This document shows positions 19,826 to 29,138 of a DNA stretch of 64,000 bases, piece after piece (position 1 is the stretch's first letter; every line of letters begins with the position of its first letter). Source of the DNA: Aquabacterium sp. (GTDB lineage: Bacteria > Pseudomonadota > Gammaproteobacteria > Burkholderiales > Burkholderiaceae_C); contig JASGIQ010000005.1 in the NCBI GenBank assembly GCA_047601765.1, forward strand, positions 8,792 to 72,791, written 5' to 3'. The translations under genes were made by a program, and so were the position numbers. Below the pieces are notes generated by a model that did no database searches, was not told the origin of the DNA, and saw only the letters and a program-made list of their open reading frames with translations.

Positions 19826-21904
19826 ATGGACGCACGCCATTTTGCGCGTGGGCGGCTCTTGTCGCTCGCCGGTATGATCGCCGGCTTCACACTCTCGGCC
19901 ACTGCATATGCAGGCTCGCTGACTTTGCCCGTCACGGCGAGTGCTCAAGCCGATGCAGCCGTCACCGGCGCGCTGGAAAAAATCAAGAAGGAAAAGACCA
20001 CCAAGAGCGCACGCCTCGTCAAGCTGAACCTGGACGCGCTGCGTGATCCTTCGGTGGAGATGGATCTCCGTGCCGACGTGCATGCGAACACCACCACGCG
20101 CAAGCTTGTTGAGCGCGCTCCGAACAGCTACAGCTGGTTCGGCAAGCTCAATGGCGTTGAAGGTGACGCGATCATCGTGGTCGAAGGTGACGCCGTCGAG
20201 GGCACCGTCCGTCATGGCACCAGCCTGTACTCGGTTCGTTCGGTCGGTGCCGGCATGCACGCCATCATCGAAGTCGACCAGACGAAGTTCCCTGCGGACC
20301 ATCCCCCGTTCCTGAAATCGACCAGCCTCAAGCCGATCAACATGCTGGCTGACGCTGCAGCCAGCGGCACCACGGCGATCGCGGCAGACGGTATGGTTGC
20401 GGCCCGCCCGACGGTGATGGACGTCCTGGTGGCGTATACCCCCGCGGTGGTCGCAGCCAAGGGCAGTGTCTCCGCCGTCAACGCCATGATCCAGCTGGCG
20501 ATTGATGAGACGAATGCCGGCTATGCCAACAGCAAGGTCAATGCGCAGGTTCGTCTGGCCCGCAGCTATCAGGTCAATTACAACGAGTCTGGCCGCAGCT
20601 ATGAAACGGTGATGAACCATTTCGTGGGCAAGACCGATGGCTTCATGGATGACATCCATGCACAACGCGACGGCGCTGCGGCGGACCTCGGCGTGCTGCT
20701 GTTCAACAACCCTGCATACTGCGGCCTGGCTTCCGGCATCGGCTCGAATGAAGCCAGCGCCTTTGCGCTGGTGCATTACAGCTGCGCAACCGGTTACTAC
20801 TCGTTTGGTCACGAAATTGGTCACCTGCTGAGCGCCCGTCATGACCCGGACATGGATCCGAGCACGACGCCCTACGCACATGGCCATGGGTTCCAGAACG
20901 GCACTCAGTGGCGTACGGTGATGGCGTACAACTGCAACAAGAACACGGTGAGTTGCCCCCGCCTGCCCTATTGGTCCAACCCTTGGGTCAGCTACCAGAA
21001 TGTGGCCACCGGCACCGTGGACAAGAACGACAACGCGCGCGTGTTGAACACGACGATTCCGTTCGCCGCCACCTTCCGCAATCCAAATTCGGAAGTGCTC
21101 CGCTACAACGGGTCGCCCAACAGCTGGACCTTGCTGGACACGGATCCCATGGATGTCAACGTCGTGGCGGGTACGTCTGCCATGTTCGTGATGACCAATG
21201 ACGGCAGCGTCTGGCGCTATACCAATACCTGGGACGTGTTGGACAACAACGCCAAGACCATCTCGATCACTGCTGGCGATACGGTCTATCAACTGCGCAG
21301 TGATGGCGTGATCCTGCGCTCGACCGGCGTTGCCTGCAGCGGCAGCACGTGCACGGGCTGGCAGCAGATCGACAGCAACCTGGCGAACAAGGCCATCGTT
21401 GCGGGCGGCGCGGTCCTTTACAAGCAGGTGCAGGACGGCTCGACGTACCGTTATATCAACGGGGCCTGGCAGGTGATCGACGAGGATTCCACCGTCAACG
21501 CGATGGTGGCGACCCCGACGGCCATGTACGAACAGACCCGTGATGGTGGTGTCTGGAAGTTCACGGGTACGCCCTATGGTTGGCAATTGCTGGGTACCGA
21601 TACCTTGACGAAGCACATGGCTGCCGCAGGCAACTCGCTCTACATCATCCGCACGGATGGCGTGATCAAGAAGTACAACGGTACTGCCGGCAGCTGGACG
21701 ATGCTGGACAACAACCCCAAGGGCACTTCGATCGTCGCTGAAGGCAGCAATCTGTATCAGCTGCACAGCGATGGCGCAGTCTGGAAGTACACCGGCACAC
21801 CATGCACCAATGGTTCGTGCCCTGGTTGGCAGTTGATCGACAGCAACCCTGCCACCCAAGCACTCGAAGCCGGCAATGGCTCGCTCTATCAAGTGCGTCG
21901 TTGA
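19826..21904 (+). CDS. Secreted zinc metalloprotease (M12B/reprolysin-like) with C-terminal tectonin/tachylectin-like beta-propeller (692 aa)
   Basis: GGAGG RBS, Sec signal peptide (..SATAYA), prodomain, HEIGHLLSARHD zinc motif, TVMAY Met-turn, then about 7 W-x-x-(L/I)-D repeats. Confidence 0.85.
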   Translation: MDARHFARGRLLSLAGMIAGFTLSATAYAGSLTLPVTASAQADAAVTGALEKIKKEKTTKSARLVKLNLDALRDPSVEMDLRADVHANTTTRKLVERAPNSYSWFGKLNGVEGDAIIVVEGDAVEGTVRHGTSLYSVRSVGAGMHAIIEVDQTKFPADHPPFLKSTSLKPINMLADAAASGTTAIAADGMVAARPTVMDVLVAYTPAVVAAKGSVSAVNAMIQLAIDETNAGYANSKVNAQVRLARSYQVNYNESGRSYETVMNHFVGKTDGFMDDIHAQRDGAAADLGVLLFNNPAYCGLASGIGSNEASAFALVHYSCATGYYSFGHEIGHLLSARHDPDMDPSTTPYAHGHGFQNGTQWRTVMAYNCNKNTVSCPRLPYWSNPWVSYQNVATGTVDKNDNARVLNTTIPFAATFRNPNSEVLRYNGSPNSWTLLDTDPMDVNVVAGTSAMFVMTNDGSVWRYTNTWDVLDNNAKTISITAGDTVYQLRSDGVILRSTGVACSGSTCTGWQQIDSNLANKAIVAGGAVLYKQVQDGSTYRYINGAWQVIDEDSTVNAMVATPTAMYEQTRDGGVWKFTGTPYGWQLLGTDTLTKHMAAAGNSLYIIRTDGVIKKYNGTAGSWTMLDNNPKGTSIVAEGSNLYQLHSDGAVWKYTGTPCTNGSCPGWQLIDSNPATQALEAGNGSLYQVRR

Positions 21905-21912
21905 TGTCTGAA

Positions 21913-21975
21913 GGACGGCGTCACGCCGTCCGGGCAGAAGGAGGGGTCAGGCCATGTGTCTGGCCCTTTTTGTTT
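21913..21975. terminator. Two hairpins between convergent genes; probable terminator
   Basis: GGACGGCG-tca-CGCCGTCC (21913-21931) and GGGTCAG..CTGGCCC followed by TTTTTGTTTT (21944-21975). Confidence 0.7.
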
Positions 21976-21977
21976 TC

Positions 21978-22433
21978 TTATTCAGGCCGATCGAGCTTGG
22001 TTGACAGCATCACCGTCGAGAACGTGTCCAGCACACCCTGCACATTGCGGATGCGGTCGATCACCGCATCGAGCTCCTGTGTGGAATCCGTCAATAGCAT
22101 GGCGCACAGGTCGTAGCGCCCGCTCACCGAGTACAGCTTGGTGATTTCATGCCGCTTGGCCAGCTCGCGCACCACCGACGCCTCATGCCGTGATTCGATG
22201 GAGATCAGCACCATCGCGCGGATCACGTGCGGCCCGCGCGTGCTGCTCACGCTGACCGTGTAGCCGGTGATCACGCCCGCATCCTCCAGGGCCTTGAGCC
22301 GCAGTTGCGCCGTGCTGCGCGCAATGCCCAGCGCCTTGGCGATGTTGACCAGCGGCAGCCGCGCGTTCACCTTGAGCAGCTCGATGAGCTGGTGATCCAG
22401 TGCATCCAGGGGTTTGACAGGAGCTTTGGCCAT
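21978..22433 (-). CDS. Lrp/AsnC-family transcriptional regulator (151 aa)
   Basis: LDALDHQLIELLKVNARLPLVNIAKALGIARSTAQLRLKALEDAGVITGY HTH plus a RAM domain (SGRYDL). Divergent from the lysine operon. Confidence 0.95.
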   Translation of the reverse strand: MAKAPVKPLDALDHQLIELLKVNARLPLVNIAKALGIARSTAQLRLKALEDAGVITGYTVSVSSTRGPHVIRAMVLISIESRHEASVVRELAKRHEITKLYSVSGRYDLCAMLLTDSTQELDAVIDRIRNVQGVLDTFSTVMLSTKLDRPE

Positions 22434-22625
22434 AAGGCCATTATGTCGATCACCTTGACCGATGCAAAGTGCAGATTTCAGTCACTTTGACCGTTTTCTT
22501 CGGCAGCACGGCTTGCCGATACTGAAGACATGACCGGCGGCGAGCCCGTCGCACAGCGTCACCCGGCAGCCTCCTGCCACGCAGATCCCGGACGGGCCCG
22601 GCCGCAGCGGCGCAGGAGACCCGTC

Positions 22626-23879
22626 ATGCTGCAGATCCTTCTCGAAGAAGACACCCGCCAGGCCGCCCCGACTCCTGGGTCAAGCGGCGCCCCTGCACAG
22701 GGCAGCACCTGCGCCCCCTCATCCCCCAAGAAGCTGTTGAGCTGGGACGCCTTGCAAGCCTACGATCCTGCCGCCGAGCCCTGGCAGAAACAGTTCGCGC
22801 GTCGCTACACGCACCACCGTGAGCTGATGGGCGTGTTGCACAAGGTGGAGGATGTGGACCAGACGGTGTATGACAAGTTCGCCATCTCGGTGACGCCGTA
22901 CATGGCGCAGTTGATGGACCGGGACGATCCCAACTGCCCCATCCGCCTGCAGTACCTGCCATCCTTCCATGAACAGACCCAAGCAGGTTTTCACACCATG
23001 CTGGACGAGCTGGGTGAAGAGAAGGACACCATCCCCGGTACCAGCGTGGTCCACCGCTATCCGCGTCGGGTGCTCTTCCTGGTCAGCAACACGTGTGCGG
23101 CGCTGTGCCGCTTCTGCACACGCAAGCGCATGGTCTCGCAGCCTTCGGGCTCGGTGCACAAGGACGAGATCGAGGCCTCCATCGACTACATCGCCGGCAA
23201 CAAGCACATCGAAGACGTGCTGCTGTCCGGCGGCGATCCGCTGACCTTCACCGACGAACGGCTGGATGAGATCCTGGGCGCCATCCGCAGCCGCGCGCCG
23301 CACGTGCGCTTCCTGCGCATCGGCTCGCGCATGGTGGTGCAGCTGCCCACGCGCATCACGCCGGAGCTGTGTGCCGTGCTGGAAAAGCACCGCGTGCAGA
23401 TGCTCAACATCCACATCAACCACCACAAGGAGATCACGCCGCTGCTGCGCGAACGCGTGAAGATGGTGCAGAAGGCCGGTGTGATGATGGGCCTGCAGAC
23501 GGTGTGCCTCAATGGCGTGAACGACAGCGTGGAGGTGCTGCGCGAGCTGTTCATGCAGGCCGTGGAAATGGGCGTGCGCCCGTACTACGTGTATTCGACC
23601 GACATGGTCGAAGGCGCACATCACTTCGTGGTGCCGTATCGCCGCATGCTGGAGCTGTACGAAGGCCTGCGCGGCTGGATCAGCGGGCCGGCGGTGCCCA
23701 CCTTCATCGTCGATGGCCTGGGTGGGCTGGGCAAGCTGCCCATCATCCCGACGTATGTGCGCGAAGAGGCCCTGCCCGATGGCAGTGGCACCACCATCCA
23801 GTGCCGCAACTACGCAGGCAAGACCGTGGAGATGCCCGGGCTGGGCCAGCACTTCAGCCTGCCTTCACAGAGCAACTGA
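22626..23879 (+). CDS. kamA: Lysine 2,3-aminomutase (radical SAM, PLP) (417 aa)
   Basis: AGGAGA RBS, CAALCRFCTRK cluster motif, HRYPRRVLF, VLLSGGDPL, GLGKLP PLP-lysine region. Operon context supports lysine as the substrate. Confidence 0.9.
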   Translation: MLQILLEEDTRQAAPTPGSSGAPAQGSTCAPSSPKKLLSWDALQAYDPAAEPWQKQFARRYTHHRELMGVLHKVEDVDQTVYDKFAISVTPYMAQLMDRDDPNCPIRLQYLPSFHEQTQAGFHTMLDELGEEKDTIPGTSVVHRYPRRVLFLVSNTCAALCRFCTRKRMVSQPSGSVHKDEIEASIDYIAGNKHIEDVLLSGGDPLTFTDERLDEILGAIRSRAPHVRFLRIGSRMVVQLPTRITPELCAVLEKHRVQMLNIHINHHKEITPLLRERVKMVQKAGVMMGLQTVCLNGVNDSVEVLRELFMQAVEMGVRPYYVYSTDMVEGAHHFVVPYRRMLELYEGLRGWISGPAVPTFIVDGLGGLGKLPIIPTYVREEALPDGSGTTIQCRNYAGKTVEMPGLGQHFSLPSQSN

Positions 23880-23902
23880 TCTTTGACAGACAAGGGCGCA
23901 TC

Positions 23903-25027
23903 ATGGAAACGCTTGCACCATCCCGGACGGCATCCCCAGGCGCATCACGCCGCATGGCAGAACAGGCCATGGCACCGGCGCAGCATGGCTCACGTCATGG
24001 CTCACCTTACGGCACGCACCGCGTCATCGAACCCCCAGGTGTGCTGCCGCAACCCGCCTGGCGCGTGGACAACACCTCGCCCCTGCGCGACAACGAAATC
24101 CTGATCGACGTGCAGGCGCTCAATGTCGATGCGGCCAGCTTCACGCAGATCCGTAGCGAGGTGGGCGATGATGTGAACCGCATTGCGGCGCGCATCACCG
24201 AGATCGTCGGCCAGCGCGGCAAGCTGCACAACCCGGTGACGGGTTCAGGCGGCATGTTGATCGGGCGCGTGGCGCGCATTGGCGAAGCCCTGCGGGGCCG
24301 CATCGATCTGAAGGTGGGCGACCGCATCGCCACGATGATCTCGCTGTCGCTCACGCCCTTGCGTATCGATCGCATTCAGGCGGTTCATTTGCATCAGGAC
24401 CAGGTGGAGATCGAAGGCCAGGCCATCCTGTTCGAAAGCGGCCTGTATGCGAAGCTGCCCAATGACATCCCCGAGAAGGTGGCCCTGGCCATTCTGGATG
24501 TGGCCGGTGCACCTGCGCAAACGGCCCGGCTGGTGCAGCCGGGCGACACGGTGGTGGTGGTCGGTGGCGGCGGCAAGTCGGGCACCTTGTGCGTGTTCGA
24601 AGCGCGTCGGCGCGCGGGGCCGCAGGGCAGGGTGATCGGCGTCTCGCCTTTTGAGAACGACGTGCAGCGCATGCGTGACCTCGGCTGGGTGGATGCGGCC
24701 TTGCAGGTCGATGCCACGGATGCGGTGGGCATGATGCAGGCGATCGAACGCGTGACCCTGGGCCGCATGGCCGATGTGGTGATCAACTGCGTTAACCTGC
24801 CGCATACCGAGATGGGCAGCATCCTGTCATGCCGGGATCGCGGCAAGGTGTACTTCTTCTCGATGGCCACGAGCTTCACGGCTGCATCGCTGGGCGCGGA
24901 AGGCGTGGGCAAGGATGTGGATCTGCTGATGGGCAATGGCTACGCCAAAGGCAATGCCGAGCATGCGCTCGACATGCTGCGCACCTCGCCTGAGCTGCGG
25001 CGGCTGTTCGAGCGGCTGTATAGCTGA
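23903..25027 (+). CDS. kdd: L-erythro-3,5-diaminohexanoate dehydrogenase (374 aa)
   Basis: YGTHRVIEPPGVLPQPA N-terminus, HNPVTGSGGML, ALAILDVAGAPAQ, GGGGKSG nucleotide loop, FFSMATSF..GAEGVGKDV. Confidence 0.92.
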   Translation: METLAPSRTASPGASRRMAEQAMAPAQHGSRHGSPYGTHRVIEPPGVLPQPAWRVDNTSPLRDNEILIDVQALNVDAASFTQIRSEVGDDVNRIAARITEIVGQRGKLHNPVTGSGGMLIGRVARIGEALRGRIDLKVGDRIATMISLSLTPLRIDRIQAVHLHQDQVEIEGQAILFESGLYAKLPNDIPEKVALAILDVAGAPAQTARLVQPGDTVVVVGGGGKSGTLCVFEARRRAGPQGRVIGVSPFENDVQRMRDLGWVDAALQVDATDAVGMMQAIERVTLGRMADVVINCVNLPHTEMGSILSCRDRGKVYFFSMATSFTAASLGAEGVGKDVDLLMGNGYAKGNAEHALDMLRTSPELRRLFERLYS

Positions 25028-25039
25028 GGTGCGCACGCC

Positions 25040-26221
25040 ATGTCCACCTGCCTGCCTCACCTTGCCAACCCGCTGAAGGATGCGGCCTGCAGCACGCTGT
25101 GGCAGCGCCTGCAGGCCTGGCAGGTGAGGACGCTGGCCGTGGTCGGCATGACGAAGAACACCGGCAAGACGGTCTGCCTCAACCACCTGCTGCAACAGGC
25201 CAGGCTGGCGCATGTGCCCGTGGGTTTGACGTCCATCGGGCGCGATGGTGAAGCGCGCGACCAGGTCTTTCAATTTGCCAAGCCGCCGGTGTGCGTCACG
25301 GCCGGTAGCCTGATCGCCACGGCGCGCGGCACCTTGCCCCGGTCCAAGGTTCGCGCCCGTGCGATCGATGGCACCGGCATCGACAGCCCGATGGGCGAGA
25401 TCCTCGTGGTGAAGGCTTTGGACGATGGTGAGATGGAAGTGGCCGGAGCCTCGCGCAGCTGCGACCAGCAGCAGGTGCTGGCCCGCCTGCGCCAGTGCGG
25501 CGCGGATGTGGTGCTGCTCGATGGTGCGCTGGGCCGCAGCCACCACGCCTCACCGGCCATGGCCGATGCAGTGGTGCTGGCCACCGGCGCGGCCATCGGT
25601 GGCGGCATGGACGATGTCCTGCGCAAGACGCGGGACCGGCTGGCCATTCTGGGCATCCAACAAGTGGATGACGCCACCCATGCGCGTGTGTCGCCGCTTT
25701 TCGAGCAAGGCGGCATCGCCGCCTGGCAGGCCCATGGCGCCTGCGTGTTCAAGGAAGCCATTCCCACCCTCAATGCCGCCGAGGTGATGAGGGCATGGCG
25801 GCACGACGATCTGGCCATGGTGGCCGTGACGGGGGCCGTGGGCCGGCAGCTGTGGCGCGCGGTCCATGACCTGCTGCGTGTGCACCCCGGGCTGACGCTG
25901 GTGGTGGGCGATGGCACGCGCCTCTTCATCGATGCATCGGATGTCAAGGCCTTCGAACAAGCCGGTGGCCGCTTGCTGGCCTTGCAGGGCATCCACCTGC
26001 TGGGCATCACGCTCAACCCCTTCTCGCCGTTTGGCGGCAGCTTTGATCCCGAGCGCTTTCTGGCGCATGCCCGTCGTGCGTGGCCGCATCACCTGGTCAC
26101 GGACGTGATGCTGCAGCAGGCCGCCATGGGCTTGCCTCAACCGGTGCCACCAGCAACCCCTGCGATGCCGCCTGCCCCGGATCACCACACCGTGTCGACA
26201 TCCCACAAGGAGGCCCCATGA
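25040..26221 (+). CDS. kamB: Lysine 5,6-aminomutase reactivase subunit KamB-like (393 aa)
   Basis: VVGMTKNTGKT P-loop-like motif, LTSIGRDGE, LLDGALGRS, GITLNPFSP. Its stop overlaps the kamD start (ATGA). Confidence 0.8.
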   Translation: MSTCLPHLANPLKDAACSTLWQRLQAWQVRTLAVVGMTKNTGKTVCLNHLLQQARLAHVPVGLTSIGRDGEARDQVFQFAKPPVCVTAGSLIATARGTLPRSKVRARAIDGTGIDSPMGEILVVKALDDGEMEVAGASRSCDQQQVLARLRQCGADVVLLDGALGRSHHASPAMADAVVLATGAAIGGGMDDVLRKTRDRLAILGIQQVDDATHARVSPLFEQGGIAAWQAHGACVFKEAIPTLNAAEVMRAWRHDDLAMVAVTGAVGRQLWRAVHDLLRVHPGLTLVVGDGTRLFIDASDVKAFEQAGGRLLALQGIHLLGITLNPFSPFGGSFDPERFLAHARRAWPHHLVTDVMLQQAAMGLPQPVPPATPAMPPAPDHHTVSTSHKEAP

Positions 26222-27795
26222 GCCACCTCTCGCTCGATGCCACCCAGATCGACCAGGCCCGCGATGCCGCACGCCACATCGCCCACCAGGTCTGGCAGGA
26301 CATGCGCCGCTTCACCACCACCTCGGTGGAGCGCGCCACCTTGCGGCTGATGGGCCTGGATGGCGTCGATGAAGACCAAGTGCCATTGCCCAATCGCGTG
26401 GTCGAGCACCTGCGGTCTCAAGGCCTGCTCCAGCACGGCGCTGCGTTGACCGTGGCCACTGCCATGGCCGAACACGATTTGGACATCCAGCAACTCGGCC
26501 AAGCCGTGGCGCAAGGCCGCATCACACTGCGCGCACCTCGCAACGCAAACGAGCGAGCAGCCGCACAAGGCCTGGCCATGCAAATGGCCCAACGCACCTG
26601 CACCCACATCGCCCGCCATCGCCGACATCGCGCCGACACCATCGCGCAGCACGGCGACGCCCCCACTCCCTGGCTCTACCTCATCGTCGCCACCGGCAAC
26701 ATCCACGAAGACATCGTGCAGGCCCGCGCTGCGGCAGAGCAGGGCGCCGACGTGATCGCGGTGATCCGCTCCACCGGCCAGAGCCTGCTGGATTACGTGC
26801 CCTACGGCGCCACCACCGAAGGCTTCGGCGGCACCTACGCCACGCAGGAGAACTTCCGCCTCATGCGTGCGGCGCTGGACGACATCGGCCACAGCCTCAA
26901 GCGCTACATCCGCCTGACCAACTATTGCTCCGGCTTGTGCATGCCCGAGATCGCCGCCATGGGCGCCATGGAGCGGCTGGACATGATGCTCAACGACTCG
27001 ATGTACGGCATCATCTTCCGCGACATCAACATGCAGCGCACCTTTGTCGACCAGTTCTTCTCGCGCATGGTCAATGGCTACGCCGGCATCATCATCAACA
27101 CGGGTGAAGACAACTACCTCACCACCGCTGATGCGTACGAGGCCGCTCACACCGTGCTGGCCTCGCAGCTGATCAACGAGCAGTTCGCCTGCCTCAGCGG
27201 CTTGAAGCCCGATCAGATGGGTCTGGGCCATGCCTTCGAGATCAACCCGATGATGGACAACGGCTTCCTGTGGGAGCTGGCCCATGCGCAGCTGATCCGC
27301 CAGGTCTTCCCCGATGCGTGCCTGAAGTACATGCCGCCCACCAAGCACATGACGGGCAACATCTTCCGCGGCCACATCCAGGATGCCTTGTTCAACGTGG
27401 CCAGCGTGCTCACGCAGCAGCACATCCACCTGCTGGGCATGATGACCGAGGCCATCCACACCCCGCTGATTCAGGACCGCTTCCTCGCCATCCAGAACGC
27501 GCGCTACGTGTTCAACAACCTGCGCGATCTGCATGAAGAGGTGCAGTTCACACCGGGTGGCCGCATCGAACAACGTGCCCAGCAGGTGCTGCACGAGACG
27601 CTGCAACTGCTGCAGCACATCCAGCACACCGGCCTGCCTGCTGCGATTGCCACCGGCACCTTCGCCGACATCCCCCGCACGCCGACCGGTGGCAAGGGCC
27701 TGGATGGCGTGATCGACAAGGCTGAGGATTACTTCAACCCCTTCCCCGCCCTCATGTTGCCGCCCGAACTGGCAGCGGATCTGCAGCAGGACTGA
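26218..27795 (+). CDS. kamD: D-lysine/beta-lysine 5,6-aminomutase alpha subunit (525 aa)
   Basis: AAGGAGG RBS, TTTSVERATLRLMG, YLIVATGNIHEDIVQA, AVIRSTGQSLLDYVPYG, GGTYATQENF, LNDSMYGI, NTGEDNYLTT, KYMPPTK. Confidence 0.95.
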   Translation: MSHLSLDATQIDQARDAARHIAHQVWQDMRRFTTTSVERATLRLMGLDGVDEDQVPLPNRVVEHLRSQGLLQHGAALTVATAMAEHDLDIQQLGQAVAQGRITLRAPRNANERAAAQGLAMQMAQRTCTHIARHRRHRADTIAQHGDAPTPWLYLIVATGNIHEDIVQARAAAEQGADVIAVIRSTGQSLLDYVPYGATTEGFGGTYATQENFRLMRAALDDIGHSLKRYIRLTNYCSGLCMPEIAAMGAMERLDMMLNDSMYGIIFRDINMQRTFVDQFFSRMVNGYAGIIINTGEDNYLTTADAYEAAHTVLASQLINEQFACLSGLKPDQMGLGHAFEINPMMDNGFLWELAHAQLIRQVFPDACLKYMPPTKHMTGNIFRGHIQDALFNVASVLTQQHIHLLGMMTEAIHTPLIQDRFLAIQNARYVFNNLRDLHEEVQFTPGGRIEQRAQQVLHETLQLLQHIQHTGLPAAIATGTFADIPRTPTGGKGLDGVIDKAEDYFNPFPALMLPPELAADLQQD

Positions 27796-27814
27796 CATGC
27801 ACGAAGGAGCCGCG

Positions 27815-28579
27815 ATGACCGCCCCCACCGACATGCAAGCCGCCCCCCAATGGGTCAAGGCCTATGGCGACACCATCGACGATGGCCGCATGCAGCTCTC
27901 GTTCACGTTGCCCATCCCGCTGGACGACAACGCCAAGGAGGCGGCCCGCCAGCTCGCACTCCAGATGGGCCTGGACGACCCCACCGTCGTGCACAGCGAA
28001 GACATGGGCCAGCGCTTCTCCTTTTTTGTGCTGTATGGCCAGTGCCGCCACAAGGTCGACATGCGCCACATCCATGTGGCCAAGCCCGAATTCGCAGTCC
28101 TCGACAAGGACGCCATCAACGAGAAGATCGAACGCCTGATGGGCCGACGCATGGTGGTCATCGGTGCCTGCATCGAGACGGATGCGCACACCGTCGGCAT
28201 CGACGCCATCATGAACATGAAGGGCTTCAACGGCCACAAGGGCCTGGAGAGCTACCACCAGATCCGCGCCATCAACCTCGGCGCCCAGGTCGACAGCGAA
28301 GACCTCGTCTCGCGTGCCATCGATGAACACGCCGATGTGATCCTGGTCTCGCAAGTGGTCACGCAGAAGAACATTCACCTCGACAACCTCACGCGCCTGG
28401 CCGACATCCTCGAAGCCGAAGGCCTGCGCGAGAAGGTGATCCTCGTGGTGGGCGGCCCGCGCATCAGCCATGAACTGGCCAAGGAGCTGGGTTATGACGC
28501 CGGCTTTGGCCCCGGCTGTTATGCCGAGAACGTCGCCTCGTTCGTGATCGAGGAGTGGGCGCGGCGGCAGGCGTGCTGA
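27815..28579 (+). CDS. kamE: Lysine 5,6-aminomutase beta subunit, cobalamin-binding (254 aa)
   Basis: AAGGAG RBS before ATG 27815 (alternative start 27797). VKAYGDTIDDGRMQLSFTLP, DAHTVGIDAIMNMKG (DxHxxG B12 motif plus PLP lysine), GGPRI, GYDAGFGPG. Confidence 0.95.
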   Translation: MTAPTDMQAAPQWVKAYGDTIDDGRMQLSFTLPIPLDDNAKEAARQLALQMGLDDPTVVHSEDMGQRFSFFVLYGQCRHKVDMRHIHVAKPEFAVLDKDAINEKIERLMGRRMVVIGACIETDAHTVGIDAIMNMKGFNGHKGLESYHQIRAINLGAQVDSEDLVSRAIDEHADVILVSQVVTQKNIHLDNLTRLADILEAEGLREKVILVVGGPRISHELAKELGYDAGFGPGCYAENVASFVIEEWARRQAC

Positions 28580-28621
28580 GCGCCGAGGCGTCGCTGCCAT
28601 CCACCTGCATCAGGAGTGCCC

Positions 28622-29086
28622 ATGAACATCGACCCAAGCGCCATCCAGCCCGCACAGGCACCCGACACCGGGGCCGCGGCCCACATCACCAGCCTCATCC
28701 GCCTGCGCATGAGCGCCCACGACGCGCACTACGCCGGCAACCTGGTGGATGGCGCGCGCATGCTGCAGCTCTTCGGTGATGTGGCCACCGAACTGCTCAT
28801 CCGCAGCGATGGCGACGAAGGTCTGTTCGTGGCCTACGACAGCGTCGAGTTCCTCGCCCCCGTGCGCAGCGGCGATTACATCGAGGCCGAAGGCCGCATC
28901 GTGCACATGGGCCACACCTCGCGCAAGATGGTGTTCGAGGCGCGCAAGGTGATCAGCGCGGCCGATGTCGATGGACAGCCCACGGCATGCGATGTGCTGC
29001 CCCAGCCCATCGTCGTCTGCCGTGCATCGGGCACATGCATGGTGCCTGCGGCCTGCCAGCGCGGCCCGCAACGCACGGCCACGTGA
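28622..29086 (+). CDS. kal: 3-aminobutyryl-CoA ammonia-lyase, hotdog fold (154 aa)
   Basis: [58 protein letters not shown]. Confidence 0.92.
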   Translation: MNIDPSAIQPAQAPDTGAAAHITSLIRLRMSAHDAHYAGNLVDGARMLQLFGDVATELLIRSDGDEGLFVAYDSVEFLAPVRSGDYIEAEGRIVHMGHTSRKMVFEARKVISAADVDGQPTACDVLPQPIVVCRASGTCMVPAACQRGPQRTAT

Positions 29087-29138
29087 ACCGGATCGGCCAC
29101 CGCCAACCGCGCCGCGATCACATTGAAGGAGCCGCCTC

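Noticed and set aside
22434-22625. FNR box, lysine riboswitch or cobalamin riboswitch before kamA
   Set aside because: There are two TTGACCG words but no TTGAT-N4-ATCAA palindrome. No recognisable riboswitch core, and the space is short.
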